Shown here in pieces: positions 9,728 to 18,060 of a stretch of 64,000 nucleotides of DNA. The DNA is from an uncultured bacterium. GTDB lineage: Bacteria > Patescibacteriota > Minisyncoccia > Minisyncoccales > UBA5738. The notes beneath the pieces are model-generated. The model made no database searches. It was given only the letters and a program-made list of their open reading frames with translations, and was not told where the DNA came from. The stretch covers positions 72,292 through 136,291 of the forward strand of contig CAINCQ010000041.1 in the NCBI GenBank assembly GCA_903847095.1, written 5' to 3'. A program made the position numbers and the translations under genes. Within the stretch, counting starts at the first letter, position 1; every line of letters begins with the position of its first letter.

Positions 9728-10680
9728 TGAGCGTAATGTTCGAAAAGCGCTTTAATGCCCGCTACGTTCTTGTCCCATTCAACATTATTGTCCGTGGAAA
9801 GGAGCACGCCGATCGCGGGAACGCTATTTTTGGCAAACCAGTCGGTCATATCGCCGGATACTTGGTAAGATTCGAAGTTTTTATAGGCTTGGTACCCGGA
9901 GGCTTTGGCGTAAATATCCGTGATCGTTTGAGTTTCAGGCAAAATGCCGTTGCCGCAACTTGATGAATATACGCCGCCGCCGGAGCTATACCAGGCGATT
10001 ACCGCGGTCAGCTTGTGAGCCTGGGCATAATCTCTGATCGCCGCGCTCTCGGGTTCGGAGAACGGCGCGGTTCCGCCGCTGACGGTCTTGTTTTGCCAGG
10101 TTCCGGTTGCTTTCCAGCCGCAGTCGAAATTCCGGTTGATATCCACGGTGTGGTCATTGAAGCGGCCCGACACCTTCGCGGCCGGCGACGATGAAACATC
10201 GGTGGCGCTAAAGCGGCCGGTAACACTTACGACTTTATTCAAGCCGTCCGGGTTCAGTACGGGAATGACCGTTACTTTAATGCTACCGGGGATCACGCTA
10301 GGGTTTGCTTTCAGGTAATCCATTACCTGGTAAGCAAGGAGCGCCGTGTTCCAAGCGTATCCGCCGTGGATGCCGCCGACAAAAAGAATTTCTTTTTCGC
10401 CCGTGCCAAAATGATAGGCGGTGATATCGCGTCCCTCGACCGATTTTCCGATAACCGTTTGTTCTTTATTTTCCGGGGTTTGAGTCTGTGGTTCAACAAC
10501 CGGGTTTTCGTCTTTTGGCGTACTTGTCGGATTATTATTTTGATTCGGGATAGTTTGGGTTTGGGTGTTCTGGGGCGGGATCGCTTCATTGGTTTCGTAC
10601 AGCTTCGGAATATAGAGGCCAATCCCGATTCCAACAACGACAAGGGCCGCCACCGCAAGCACAATGGATATTTTTTTCAT
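9724..10680 (-). CDS. M14-family zinc carboxypeptidase, membrane-anchored (paralogue)
   Basis: 318-aa ORF with HGGYAWNT and NRNFDCGW. Its stop overlaps the downstream paralogue's start by 4 nt. Confidence 0.75.
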   Translation of the reverse strand: MKKISIVLAVAALVVVGIGIGLYIPKLYETNEAIPPQNTQTQTIPNQNNNPTSTPKDENPVVEPQTQTPENKEQTVIGKSVEGRDITAYHFGTGEKEILFVGGIHGGYAWNTALLAYQVMDYLKANPSVIPGSIKVTVIPVLNPDGLNKVVSVTGRFSATDVSSSPAAKVSGRFNDHTVDINRNFDCGWKATGTWQNKTVSGGTAPFSEPESAAIRDYAQAHKLTAVIAWYSSGGGVYSSSCGNGILPETQTITDIYAKASGYQAYKNFESYQVSGDMTDWFAKNSVPAIGVLLSTDNNVEWDKNVAGIKALFEHYAQ

Positions 10681-10844
10681 GGTTATTTTGATATTAATAG
10701 CACCAACATCAGCATAACATAAAATCTATTATTTATGATTAACCCAAAACTCCGAGGCATAACAGGCGGTATATTTCGTTAACAAAAAGCATCGTTTTTA
10801 ACACGATGCGCTTTTCAGGCTAGCGGTATATTTTTTTGGCTGAA

Positions 10845-11420
10845 TTAAACAGAGACGATCGGCAGATCCGTGATATTCAGCGTTCCCTTGAACAATATGT
10901 GCGGGATGCGATGATAAATCAGCGGCCATTGGCCTTTACCGATCATTTTCCGGTAATAATCTATGGTTGCTGGCGGCATCGGCGAAAATTCGGCAATTTC
11001 GGAGGGATCGTAGGCCATAAAATCATTCTCTTCCATTATGTCCCTCTCGTTGTCGAATAAATATACGACGGCATTTCGCGCCTCGATCATTGCCGGGTCG
11101 ATTCGGTAGCAACTAATCGTAAAATTTGGGTCACTCCCGGCTGTGATCAGGGCTTGTTTGATTTTTAACGGACTGACCGGTGATAAATGCAAAACGTCAT
11201 TCCATAGACAACCGAGCCTGGGTATCCGCTGCCGGGTCAGATGCTCGCGGCCGGCATATTTACCGAATTCCTGTTCGTAAATATCCGGAAACTTTTCTTT
11301 CAACGCATTAAGCGGATAAAGAGTATTGCCCCGCAAGGGCCTGGGTAGCAAATGGTAAAGATAGGCCTTTTTGTCCGCTTTTTCCCCGGAAGGGTTTTGA
11401 TTATCGGTATCACGATTCAT
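10845..11420 (-). CDS. conserved hypothetical protein
   Basis: 191-aa ORF with a GAGGT SD upstream of the ATG and its own promoter. No catalytic motif recognised. Confidence 0.5.
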   Translation of the reverse strand: MNRDTDNQNPSGEKADKKAYLYHLLPRPLRGNTLYPLNALKEKFPDIYEQEFGKYAGREHLTRQRIPRLGCLWNDVLHLSPVSPLKIKQALITAGSDPNFTISCYRIDPAMIEARNAVVYLFDNERDIMEENDFMAYDPSEIAEFSPMPPATIDYYRKMIGKGQWPLIYHRIPHILFKGTLNITDLPIVSV

Positions 11421-11463
11421 CTTTTAACCTCTGCCAACGAAGTTTGCTAAAGTCATGGTTAAT

Positions 11464-11493
11464 ATTATAACACTATTATTTATAAATAGTCAA
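11464..11493 (-). promoter_or_regulatory. sigma70-type promoter (TTGACT-N18-TATAAT)
   Basis: The minus strand reads ttgact atttataaataatagtgt tataat, about 40 nt upstream of the 11420 start. Confidence 0.5.
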
Positions 11494-11591
11494 GTTTGAA
11501 TAAAAAAAACCGCCAGATGCCACTTGCTATCCGACGATTAATAAAAATTGTATTTTAAGATTAACTCCGCATCGCGGTATTAAACCCCGAC

Positions 11592-11888
11592 CTAATGGAC
11601 GCGTCCGTGGCAAGACTTATTCGCCCATTCCGTTAGTTCATCTATCGAACCGCAGGGATGGGTTTCGTGAATGATGTGCAACTCCATATCTTCACGATAA
11701 TCATTAAATATTGCCGGGCTAACTTCCCTGAAACACCCCCCTTCTATGGCCAAGAAATATCGATCAGCCTTGTTATATTCACATCCAGCCGGACTTTGCG
11801 CAAGAGTAAAATACTTGCCCCCGCGCTGCCCCGAAAGGACCAATTGGTACGTCTTCTCGCTAATCATGTATTCCACCATGCTTCCCAT
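11592..11888 (-). CDS. hypothetical protein
   Basis: 98-aa ORF. No motif recognised. Confidence 0.4.
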   Translation of the reverse strand: MGSMVEYMISEKTYQLVLSGQRGGKYFTLAQSPAGCEYNKADRYFLAIEGGCFREVSPAIFNDYREDMELHIIHETHPCGSIDELTEWANKSCHGRVH

Positions 11889-11970
11889 AACACTCAGTTA
11901 ATAAATTGTCAAACAGCGACGAGTCCTTAATGGCAAATCAGACAAAGACAAAGTGAGGATATTTATAGGT

Positions 11971-12585
11971 CTATTTTTGAGCGTTTAACGTAACTAATTT
12001 CCAAACAGTTTGTTCTTTCGCACATAATGTCAACGATGTGTTGGCCAGAGAGGTAAAATGAAAAAAACGTCTGAAGATATCGTATGTGAGTTGATCGTCG
12101 AACATCATGGTCGCTATGACTGTTTTTATGAAATATTCATGGGATATGGCCAAAATATTATTTTGAGCCAAACCGGAAACATATTCAACGAAAAGTTGAG
12201 CTCTTTTTTTTACATCGAGAAAATTTTCTTCGTCGGCGTAATGCCAGCTTGGGTCGGAATTATTTTTTTCTTTTAGCAGATCAAAAACTTTTTCAACTTC
12301 CGGATCGTTTAGTAGTTTGCCTTCGATTGAGCTCGGCCATTTTTTTTCGCCCAAAAGAGCAATTTCCCGAATGTTTACGTTAATTTTTTTAGCGACAATT
12401 TCGGACGTTTCTTTTGTCCGTTTATGCGGACTGGCAAGAATTATATCGATACAATTGTCGGAAACCCGTTCGGCTAACTCCTGGGCCTGTTTGCATCCGA
12501 GAGCGGTTAACTGGTCGTTAAAACTTACAACGCTTTTTTGCAGATTACTGTTTGTTTCTCCGTGGCGCGCAAAATATAATTTCAT
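11971..12585 (-). CDS. histidine phosphatase family protein (phosphoglycerate-mutase-like)
   Basis: 204-aa ORF with the N-terminal catalytic motif YFARHGETNSN (RHGE) and a distal SHEYF His. Confidence 0.8.
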   Translation of the reverse strand: MKLYFARHGETNSNLQKSVVSFNDQLTALGCKQAQELAERVSDNCIDIILASPHKRTKETSEIVAKKINVNIREIALLGEKKWPSSIEGKLLNDPEVEKVFDLLKEKNNSDPSWHYADEENFLDVKKRAQLFVEYVSGLAQNNILAISHEYFIKTVIATMMFDDQLTYDIFRRFFHFTSLANTSLTLCAKEQTVWKLVTLNAQK

Positions 12586-12695
12586 AAGATTGATTTTTTC
12601 GTTTTCATAACCCGATAAAATGGGTTGTCTAAGATGATGTTGGAGCGGCCTTGGTAAAGATTTATGTTTAATTTGTTTAAAAAAACCATCGGAAA

Positions 12696-13184
12696 TTAAT
12701 TGCGATGAGTTTTCTCGCCGAGATCGATTTTCAGAACAGTAGCAAGTGTGGGATAAGAGAAGTAAGCAAGAGCCTTATACGACGGATCGATCAGCTCGAT
12801 CATTTCCATTTCTGAACGCTTGATAACTCCGAATCCCGGTTGGCCAAGATATGTCTTCTTAAAACTTTCGTAATTTGCCACCGTAAAATCCGCGTCTCCC
12901 TTTTCCGGGCGCTTCGGATCCGGCCGTCGTATTTTTACCAGCTCCAAAGTGCCGGCCGCAGTTGATAGCGGAGTGATGTGGAACACTGGTCCCATCGCGG
13001 TTTCTTGTACTGTTGGACCGAGCTGATGGGCCAAATTGATCAATTCTTCGTATTCCGTTTCATTCTGCGCGAAAATACACGCGTAGTTAACCGGCGCTTT
13101 CTTATCAGAAGTATGCGCAACGTTTAACCGTTGCGCCTCGGTAACAATTTCCTGTATGAGCTTTTTTAAGTTGGCAATGGTCAT
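12696..13184 (-). CDS. hypothetical protein
   Basis: 162-aa ORF, soluble-looking. No motif recognised. Confidence 0.45.
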   Translation of the reverse strand: MTIANLKKLIQEIVTEAQRLNVAHTSDKKAPVNYACIFAQNETEYEELINLAHQLGPTVQETAMGPVFHITPLSTAAGTLELVKIRRPDPKRPEKGDADFTVANYESFKKTYLGQPGFGVIKRSEMEMIELIDPSYKALAYFSYPTLATVLKIDLGEKTHRN

Positions 13185-13266
13185 ACAAGGCGCATATTAC
13201 CATAAATATCTTGGTTTTTGCATAACTGGGGAATTTTGCTGAAAGCCTTGGACAATGTTGAAACCA

Positions 13267-13713
13267 TTATTTCTCAAGGATCTTCTTAAGCCGATCAATA
13301 ACTGCTTTTTCCCAGTATTTCATCGAATACCAGCGAAGCAGAGGTACGGCGATTATACCTAGCCATTTTTTATGAATGGTGACTTGATAGGTATAGTCAA
13401 TCAAAGTTCCTTTGGCGTGTGGAGATAACAACATCTCTTCATGTCCGGAAGTCCCAAACTGATAACTGTCATTATCCGAAATGAAGCCCTTCCCCGGGAG
13501 AATTTGAGTCTTCATCTTCACCTGAAACCTTTTACCGAATGATCTTACGGTTGCGTCCATCTCTACATAATTTCCAACACGCTTGTTGATCCGTATTGAT
13601 TCAGCGACCTTTGGAAAATGCTCCGGAAATTTTTCAAAGTCGGTCATTATTCCGAATACATCATTTAGGGGAGCCTTAACAACCCATTGTTTGTGAAGTG
13701 TTATTTCGTTCAT
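13267..13713 (-). CDS. SRPBCC/START-like (polyketide-cyclase-fold) protein
   Basis: From ATG 13713 the protein begins MNEITLHKQWVVKAPLNDVFGIMTDFEKFPEHFP, a typical SRPBCC N-terminus. The track's longer start (13779) adds a basic, non-homologous leader. Confidence 0.6.
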   Translation of the reverse strand: MNEITLHKQWVVKAPLNDVFGIMTDFEKFPEHFPKVAESIRINKRVGNYVEMDATVRSFGKRFQVKMKTQILPGKGFISDNDSYQFGTSGHEEMLLSPHAKGTLIDYTYQVTIHKKWLGIIAVPLLRWYSMKYWEKAVIDRLKKILEK

Positions 13714-13818
13714 GTATAGTATTTTGCAATGATGTGCTGGCCGTCTGGGATGTCGTTGGAATTGCATTAGACAATGCAATAGTGATTTGATATTATATCA
13801 CAAAACAATAAAATCATT

Positions 13819-14331
13819 ATGGAAACTCTTCATGAGCTTGCTAAAAAAGAATTAAAAGGTTCTCATGATTATTCTCATGTCGAGAGATCATTAAAATATG
13901 CCAAAGAATTAAACTCTGCGCATAAAGGTAATTGGAAAGTAATAGAGGCTTCAATTTTACTTCATGAATTTAAAAAAAATAATCCTGATAGTGCAAAAGA
14001 ACTCTTAAAAGGCTTTACAGATAAGGAGATTGAAAATGTTGTTCATTGTATAAATACTCATTATTGCTTAAAGATTGATAAACCCGAGACCATCGAAGCG
14101 AAAATTGTTCAAGATTGCGACACTATAGATATGTTAGGAGCCGTAGGTATTGCAAGGGGTTTTATGGCCGCAGGCGAAAAAGGTTTAGGCTTAGCAGAAG
14201 CCAAGGAAGAATATAAAAACAAAAGACTTGGTCTTTATACTAAGCTAAACTTGGAAGAATCTAAAAGAATTGCTGATAAAAAATTCGAATTCACAAAGCT
14301 TTTCTTTGAGACTATCGATAAAGAAATATAG
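13819..14331 (+). CDS. HD-domain phosphohydrolase
   Basis: 170-aa ORF with H...HD-type metal-binding residues (SHDYSHVERS, LLHEF, DCDTIDMLG). Confidence 0.7.
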   Translation: METLHELAKKELKGSHDYSHVERSLKYAKELNSAHKGNWKVIEASILLHEFKKNNPDSAKELLKGFTDKEIENVVHCINTHYCLKIDKPETIEAKIVQDCDTIDMLGAVGIARGFMAAGEKGLGLAEAKEEYKNKRLGLYTKLNLEESKRIADKKFEFTKLFFETIDKEI

Positions 14332-14410
14332 TGTGCGCGGTTTGATTTCGCTCAATACATGCCAAACTATTACAGGGATTGCCAAAAATGAAACGAGCCC
14401 GGAACAAAAA

Positions 14411-14432
14411 ACCGCCGGATACGGCGGTTTTT
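14411..14432 (+). terminator. intrinsic terminator
   Basis: accgccg-gata-cggcggt followed by ttttt, 80 nt after the HD gene stop. Confidence 0.6.
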
Positions 14433-14661
14433 GGCTTTTCTTGAGGCGTCCAAAAATTCGCAATTCGAGAGAAATCGTTTCCCGCCGCTTGCTAGCACTG
14501 GATACTGCGCTTGCCTTCACTCGCTTACTGGCTGCGTGAGACGATGTGGAAACTTTTTTATCGCTAGGCAGAAATAATTAGGATTGCTGTAATATAAAAA
14601 AAGCCGGTGCGGTTTTTTCCGCACAGCCTTCTATCTTCATCGTCTCGGGGTCTCAAGCAAA

Positions 14662-14901
14662 TTAAAATGTGATCCCGTGGCACGAAAGAACTTCCATTCC
14701 CGCCATGTTGGTAGTGTGGATAATGGCATCCTTACTCGGATTCACAGTTTCATCGATATAGGGCTTCAGTCTTTCTTTCGTCAGCATTCCAAAGGTTGCT
14801 TTAATACCGACGTGAAGTACTATTTCATCGTGCGTTAACCCGGGAATACAAACTTGCAATATCTTTAGGTCAACCTTACTAATGTCTCTTTGCTCAACCA
14901 T
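14662..14901 (-). CDS. hypothetical protein
   Basis: GAGGTG SD followed 9 nt later by ATG at 14901. The track's GTG 14913 lies inside the SD itself. A hairpin plus T-run sits downstream (~14596-14624, minus strand). Confidence 0.4.
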   Translation of the reverse strand: MVEQRDISKVDLKILQVCIPGLTHDEIVLHVGIKATFGMLTKERLKPYIDETVNPSKDAIIHTTNMAGMEVLSCHGITF

Positions 14902-15189
14902 TTGCGAATTCACCTCTTTTTGATCTATAGTTGAAAATTTATACTATGTCAACGGCTGCGCAATAAGCCTTCATCAGCCTGCAACTGCTCGGAAAAAAGC
15001 AAAAGAAAAGCGCTCTGCCATGGTTACATTCATCCGCCTGGTTTCTCGTTTTTTTAGGCGGTGGTATCAATTTTGACGAGATCTTTTATTTATTGGTTGT
15101 TTGGTTGAAGCGGCGGCATTTAGACCAAAGAACGATATTGACAATGACGGTAATAAGATTAATAATAATCATCATCATCGAATGGAGGA

Positions 15190-15564
15190 ATGCGATTGCG
15201 AAATGATTTACCCGATACTGACGAGTACATCATTGAACTACGTAAAGAAGAACGAAGAAAAGCACGTGAATTAAAACGGTCGCTCTCACCCAAACCGGAA
15301 CCGAAGCTCAAAGTATCTTCCAAAAACCCGCGCCGCTTAAAGACTGAACTCGCGCCGCCGCCCCCAAAATCAAAATTCATTTACCGGTGGGGCGACCCGA
15401 TTTTGATTGCAGTTTACCTCTGTTATTTGATTATTAGCTTTGCTTGGCTATCTCCAAAGGGGTTGGAAGTTGTCATATATTTGTTCTATATAGCCTTTCT
15501 CGGCGGTATTTGGGTTGTTGCGATCACAGTTTTCCTTATGGGCCGTATCTGGGACTTATCATAA
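15190..15564 (+). CDS. hypothetical membrane protein
   Basis: 124-aa ORF with a basic N-terminal half followed by two TM helices. The start could be TTG 15196, which has better spacing from GGAGG at 15184. Confidence 0.4.
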   Translation: MRLRNDLPDTDEYIIELRKEERRKARELKRSLSPKPEPKLKVSSKNPRRLKTELAPPPPKSKFIYRWGDPILIAVYLCYLIISFAWLSPKGLEVVIYLFYIAFLGGIWVVAITVFLMGRIWDLS

Positions 15565-15738
15565 CCCCCGATCAAATAACGGAGCTTCGCCCGCCTCCGT
15601 TTTTTTATTGGCGAAATTCCCCTTTCGTTTTACATTGCCAAGGCGACTAAATGGGAAGGGCGTCCAAGACGAACGAGGTGAGAACAGAATTAGCTAAATT
15701 AAACTTTGTCGGGAAATACACTTATAGTAATTATAATA

Positions 15739-15767
15739 TTGACATAATTAATATTGCATATTAGAAT
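15739..15767 (+). promoter_or_regulatory. sigma70-type promoter (TTGACA-N17-TAGAAT)
   Basis: Reads ttgaca taattaatattgcatat tagaat, about 15 nt upstream of the GTG start at 15783. Confidence 0.5.
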
Positions 15768-15782
15768 ATAAATGGTGAAAAA

Positions 15783-16094
15783 GTGTCATCTCGAAATAAC
15801 TACGGGCAAGAGCCAACGGCTGAAGAGTCGGAAAGCTTAAGAATAATGTTTGAAACCGCTAAAAGGTTGATTGAGGCGGTTGGTGCTGGTAAAGTAAAAT
15901 TGGAAAAATCAGCCGTGGTAAATGAAAAACTGTTCATATACCATGGGCCTTCCCGGTATAGTATGATTGATCCGGAAAAAGAGGACGTTGGCATAGTCAA
16001 AGATACTAAGGGAACAGGATTCTCTAGCGGAATAGTATCCGCAAATATTATAAAGTGGACAGAAACCATGGAGCAATGGTTGTCCGGTCACTAA
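15783..16094 (+). CDS. hypothetical protein
   Basis: 103-aa ORF with a GTG start after GGTGA. No motif recognised. Confidence 0.4.
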   Translation: MSSRNNYGQEPTAEESESLRIMFETAKRLIEAVGAGKVKLEKSAVVNEKLFIYHGPSRYSMIDPEKEDVGIVKDTKGTGFSSGIVSANIIKWTETMEQWLSGH

Positions 16095-16156
16095 AACTGC
16101 ATGCACTAGCATGCTCTTTTTTTACGATTTTTTAAGCCTAATATTTCCGAAACACT

Positions 16157-16230
16157 TGGCTGCGGGACATGGATTCGAACCATGATAAACGGATTCAAAG
16201 TCCGTTGTCCTACCATTAGACGATCCCGCA
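16157..16230 (-). tRNA. tRNA-Gln (anticodon UUG), CCA encoded
   Basis: The reverse complement folds as a 74-nt cloverleaf: acceptor TGCGGGA/TCCCGCA, anticodon stem ACGGA/TCCGT with loop CTTTGAA, T-arm CATGG-TTCGAAT-CCATG, and a 3' GCCA end. Confidence 0.9.
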
Positions 16231-16453
16231 AAAACTGACGCCATTATCATACTATCAAATTGAGATAAAATCAATGTTATATTTTCCAAATGTTTTTTCG
16301 CCGGGCGTGGTATAAGACCACGCCGGGCGACCAGCGGAAGTATCCTCTGGACTTCTCATTATTTTATGTGCCACGGGTTTACCCGTGGTCTATAAAATAA
16401 TCAACGCTGTTTTTTGGCGGGTATATATCCAACAGTTTGCAACAGCGATTAAT

Positions 16454-16482
16454 TTGACAAAACACGTGCTGTGTGTTATATT
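16454..16482 (+). promoter_or_regulatory. sigma70-type promoter (TTGACA-N17-TATATT)
   Basis: Reads ttgaca aaacacgtgctgtgtgt tatatt. GGAGG and the GTG start at 16518 follow. Confidence 0.5.
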
Positions 16483-16517
16483 ACAGGAGATTGAAACACT
16501 GAAGCGGAGGTTATACT

Positions 16518-16796
16518 GTGCAAGCGATAGAGGAACGGTTCAAATGGTATGAGGGTCGCCCGCCGATGGTTGTCGGAGCGGCGTTCGGGATAGTCTGGAT
16601 GCTGGAATTAACGCTAGGCATGTCGCTTATCGCTGGATTCCACTGGGTTATGCTGGTTTTTTTGACATCGATTCCTTGTGGAATTTGGGTTGGCAGCCAG
16701 CTGGACGCTAAACGCACATTCAGGGTTGGCGTACGTGTCGCCGGCTACGTTTTTCTGCTCTTAACTTATGGCACATTGGTGAATAGGCTGTCTTGA
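16518..16796 (+). CDS. hypothetical membrane protein
   Basis: 92-aa ORF with three hydrophobic helices and a GGAGG SD before the GTG. Confidence 0.45.
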   Translation: MQAIEERFKWYEGRPPMVVGAAFGIVWMLELTLGMSLIAGFHWVMLVFLTSIPCGIWVGSQLDAKRTFRVGVRVAGYVFLLLTYGTLVNRLS

Positions 16797-16883
16797 AACC
16801 GCTGAAACCAGTGGTTTTATTTTACCTGACATTTGTAGCAATTAATGCTAAAATATTGGTAATAAAGCTGATAAGGTGAGATT

Positions 16884-17426
16884 GTGAAAACGAAAGTCAG
16901 TTTGTTTTTAATGGTGATAGCGATGGCAACGGTTTTCCAAGCCGCGGCTGTCGAGAACGGTAGCGACATGAATATAAGCGAGGTTACCTTCGACTTTACA
17001 GGTAACTATCGGATGCCCCAGACTTGGGTTGGGGTGGAGATTACAACGGACCAAGATTATTTCACTGATGATATGTGGAATTACTCTGTGCTCGTTGTTG
17101 GAGAGCTTGGAAATGCATCTCAACGTATCGGTCCGGATGCAAACGAGATCAGGCGGATGAAAGATCCCCGCTACAATCTCTATAATCCGGTGAGCCGTGG
17201 TCCTTTCGAAGTCGAGGTTTGGCTCTGGGAATCGGTAGGCAAAATCCAAAAGATAATGTTGTTCCACAACGAGACGGTTCTGGATGAGGTCGCAGTCAAC
17301 TTTGAATACTCCGAAGAGTATTTCAAAGGGAACGACACGACAATAAAGTTCCAGAAAGAGGCATCAAAAAATGCCTCAATTTTTTTCTTTAAAGCCAAGA
17401 TATCGAAGTTAGCGGTTGTTTATTGA
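16884..17426 (+). CDS. hypothetical secreted protein
   Basis: 180-aa ORF with a signal-peptide-like N-terminus (MKTKVSLFLMVIAMATVFQAAA). Confidence 0.5.
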   Translation: MKTKVSLFLMVIAMATVFQAAAVENGSDMNISEVTFDFTGNYRMPQTWVGVEITTDQDYFTDDMWNYSVLVVGELGNASQRIGPDANEIRRMKDPRYNLYNPVSRGPFEVEVWLWESVGKIQKIMLFHNETVLDEVAVNFEYSEEYFKGNDTTIKFQKEASKNASIFFFKAKISKLAVVY

Positions 17427-17495
17427 CAAACCAAAAAAGCATGATATCGTAATGGTCTCGAAAGTAATTTCGGGAACCAGCGATCGGAGGTAAAA

Positions 17496-17747
17496 ATGGC
17501 GGGTTTATGTCCAACGTGCGGAAGGTTCTTATGCGACCATACCGCAAAAGAAAGGGGCCAAACCGATGGCGAGTTTTTTGAAGACCTGCGGCGCGATATC
17601 ACCAAAGAAGAACTAGAGGCTTGGAATACTGGCGACGATGCCAAAAAAATCGCCGTCGCGCAGGCGATTGCCGAACAACGAAAAGCCGGAACTTTCGTTC
17701 CGACGTTTCAAATCGCCGAGCGTGCTTTACACCTATTGTACGCTTGA
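17496..17747 (+). CDS. small CxxC-containing protein (paralogue 1)
   Basis: 83-aa ORF with a GGAGGT SD. Begins MAGLCPTCGRFLCDHTAKERGQTD... and ends in AIAEQRKAGTF. Paralogous to the next ORF. Confidence 0.55.
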   Translation: MAGLCPTCGRFLCDHTAKERGQTDGEFFEDLRRDITKEELEAWNTGDDAKKIAVAQAIAEQRKAGTFVPTFQIAERALHLLYA

Positions 17748-17769
17748 ATTAAATTGCTTGGAGGTAAAA

Positions 17770-17991
17770 ATGCCTGGATTATGCCCAAATTGCGGCCGCT
17801 ATCTGTGCGACTGCACGACCGGAGAAAGAGGTCAAACCGATGACGAGTTTAATGAGGATATGCGGCGCCAATTTACGCCCGAGGAATTAGCGGCGTTCGA
17901 GTCCGGCGATTCCGAGGCGAAGCTTAAAGCCGCCCGCGCGATTGCCGAACAGCGAAAAGCCGGAACGTTTAAACCGATTTTTCGAAATTAG
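17770..17991 (+). CDS. small CxxC-containing protein (paralogue 2)
   Basis: From ATG 17770, after a GGAGGT SD, it reads MPGLCPNCGRYLCDCTTGERGQTD...AIAEQRKAGTF. The track's longer 17638 start overlaps paralogue 1. Confidence 0.55.
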   Translation: MPGLCPNCGRYLCDCTTGERGQTDDEFNEDMRRQFTPEELAAFESGDSEAKLKAARAIAEQRKAGTFKPIFRN

Positions 17992-18013
17992 GTAAAGACC
18001 GAAGTTATAAACT

Positions 18014-18039
18014 GCCTCGTATCAAACGAGGCTTTTTTT
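18014..18039 (+). terminator. intrinsic terminator
   Basis: gcctcgt-atcaa-acgaggc followed by ttttttt, 23 nt after the paralogue 2 stop. Confidence 0.7.
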
Positions 18040-18060
18040 AAACGATCATAAAATCCGGAA

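Noticed and set aside
10845-17991. A mobile or genomic island next to tRNA-Gln, since many small hypothetical genes surround position 16157
   Set aside because: I could not recognise an integrase or recombinase, direct repeats of the tRNA 3' end, or phage/plasmid genes. The promoter architecture is the same as in the rest of the window.
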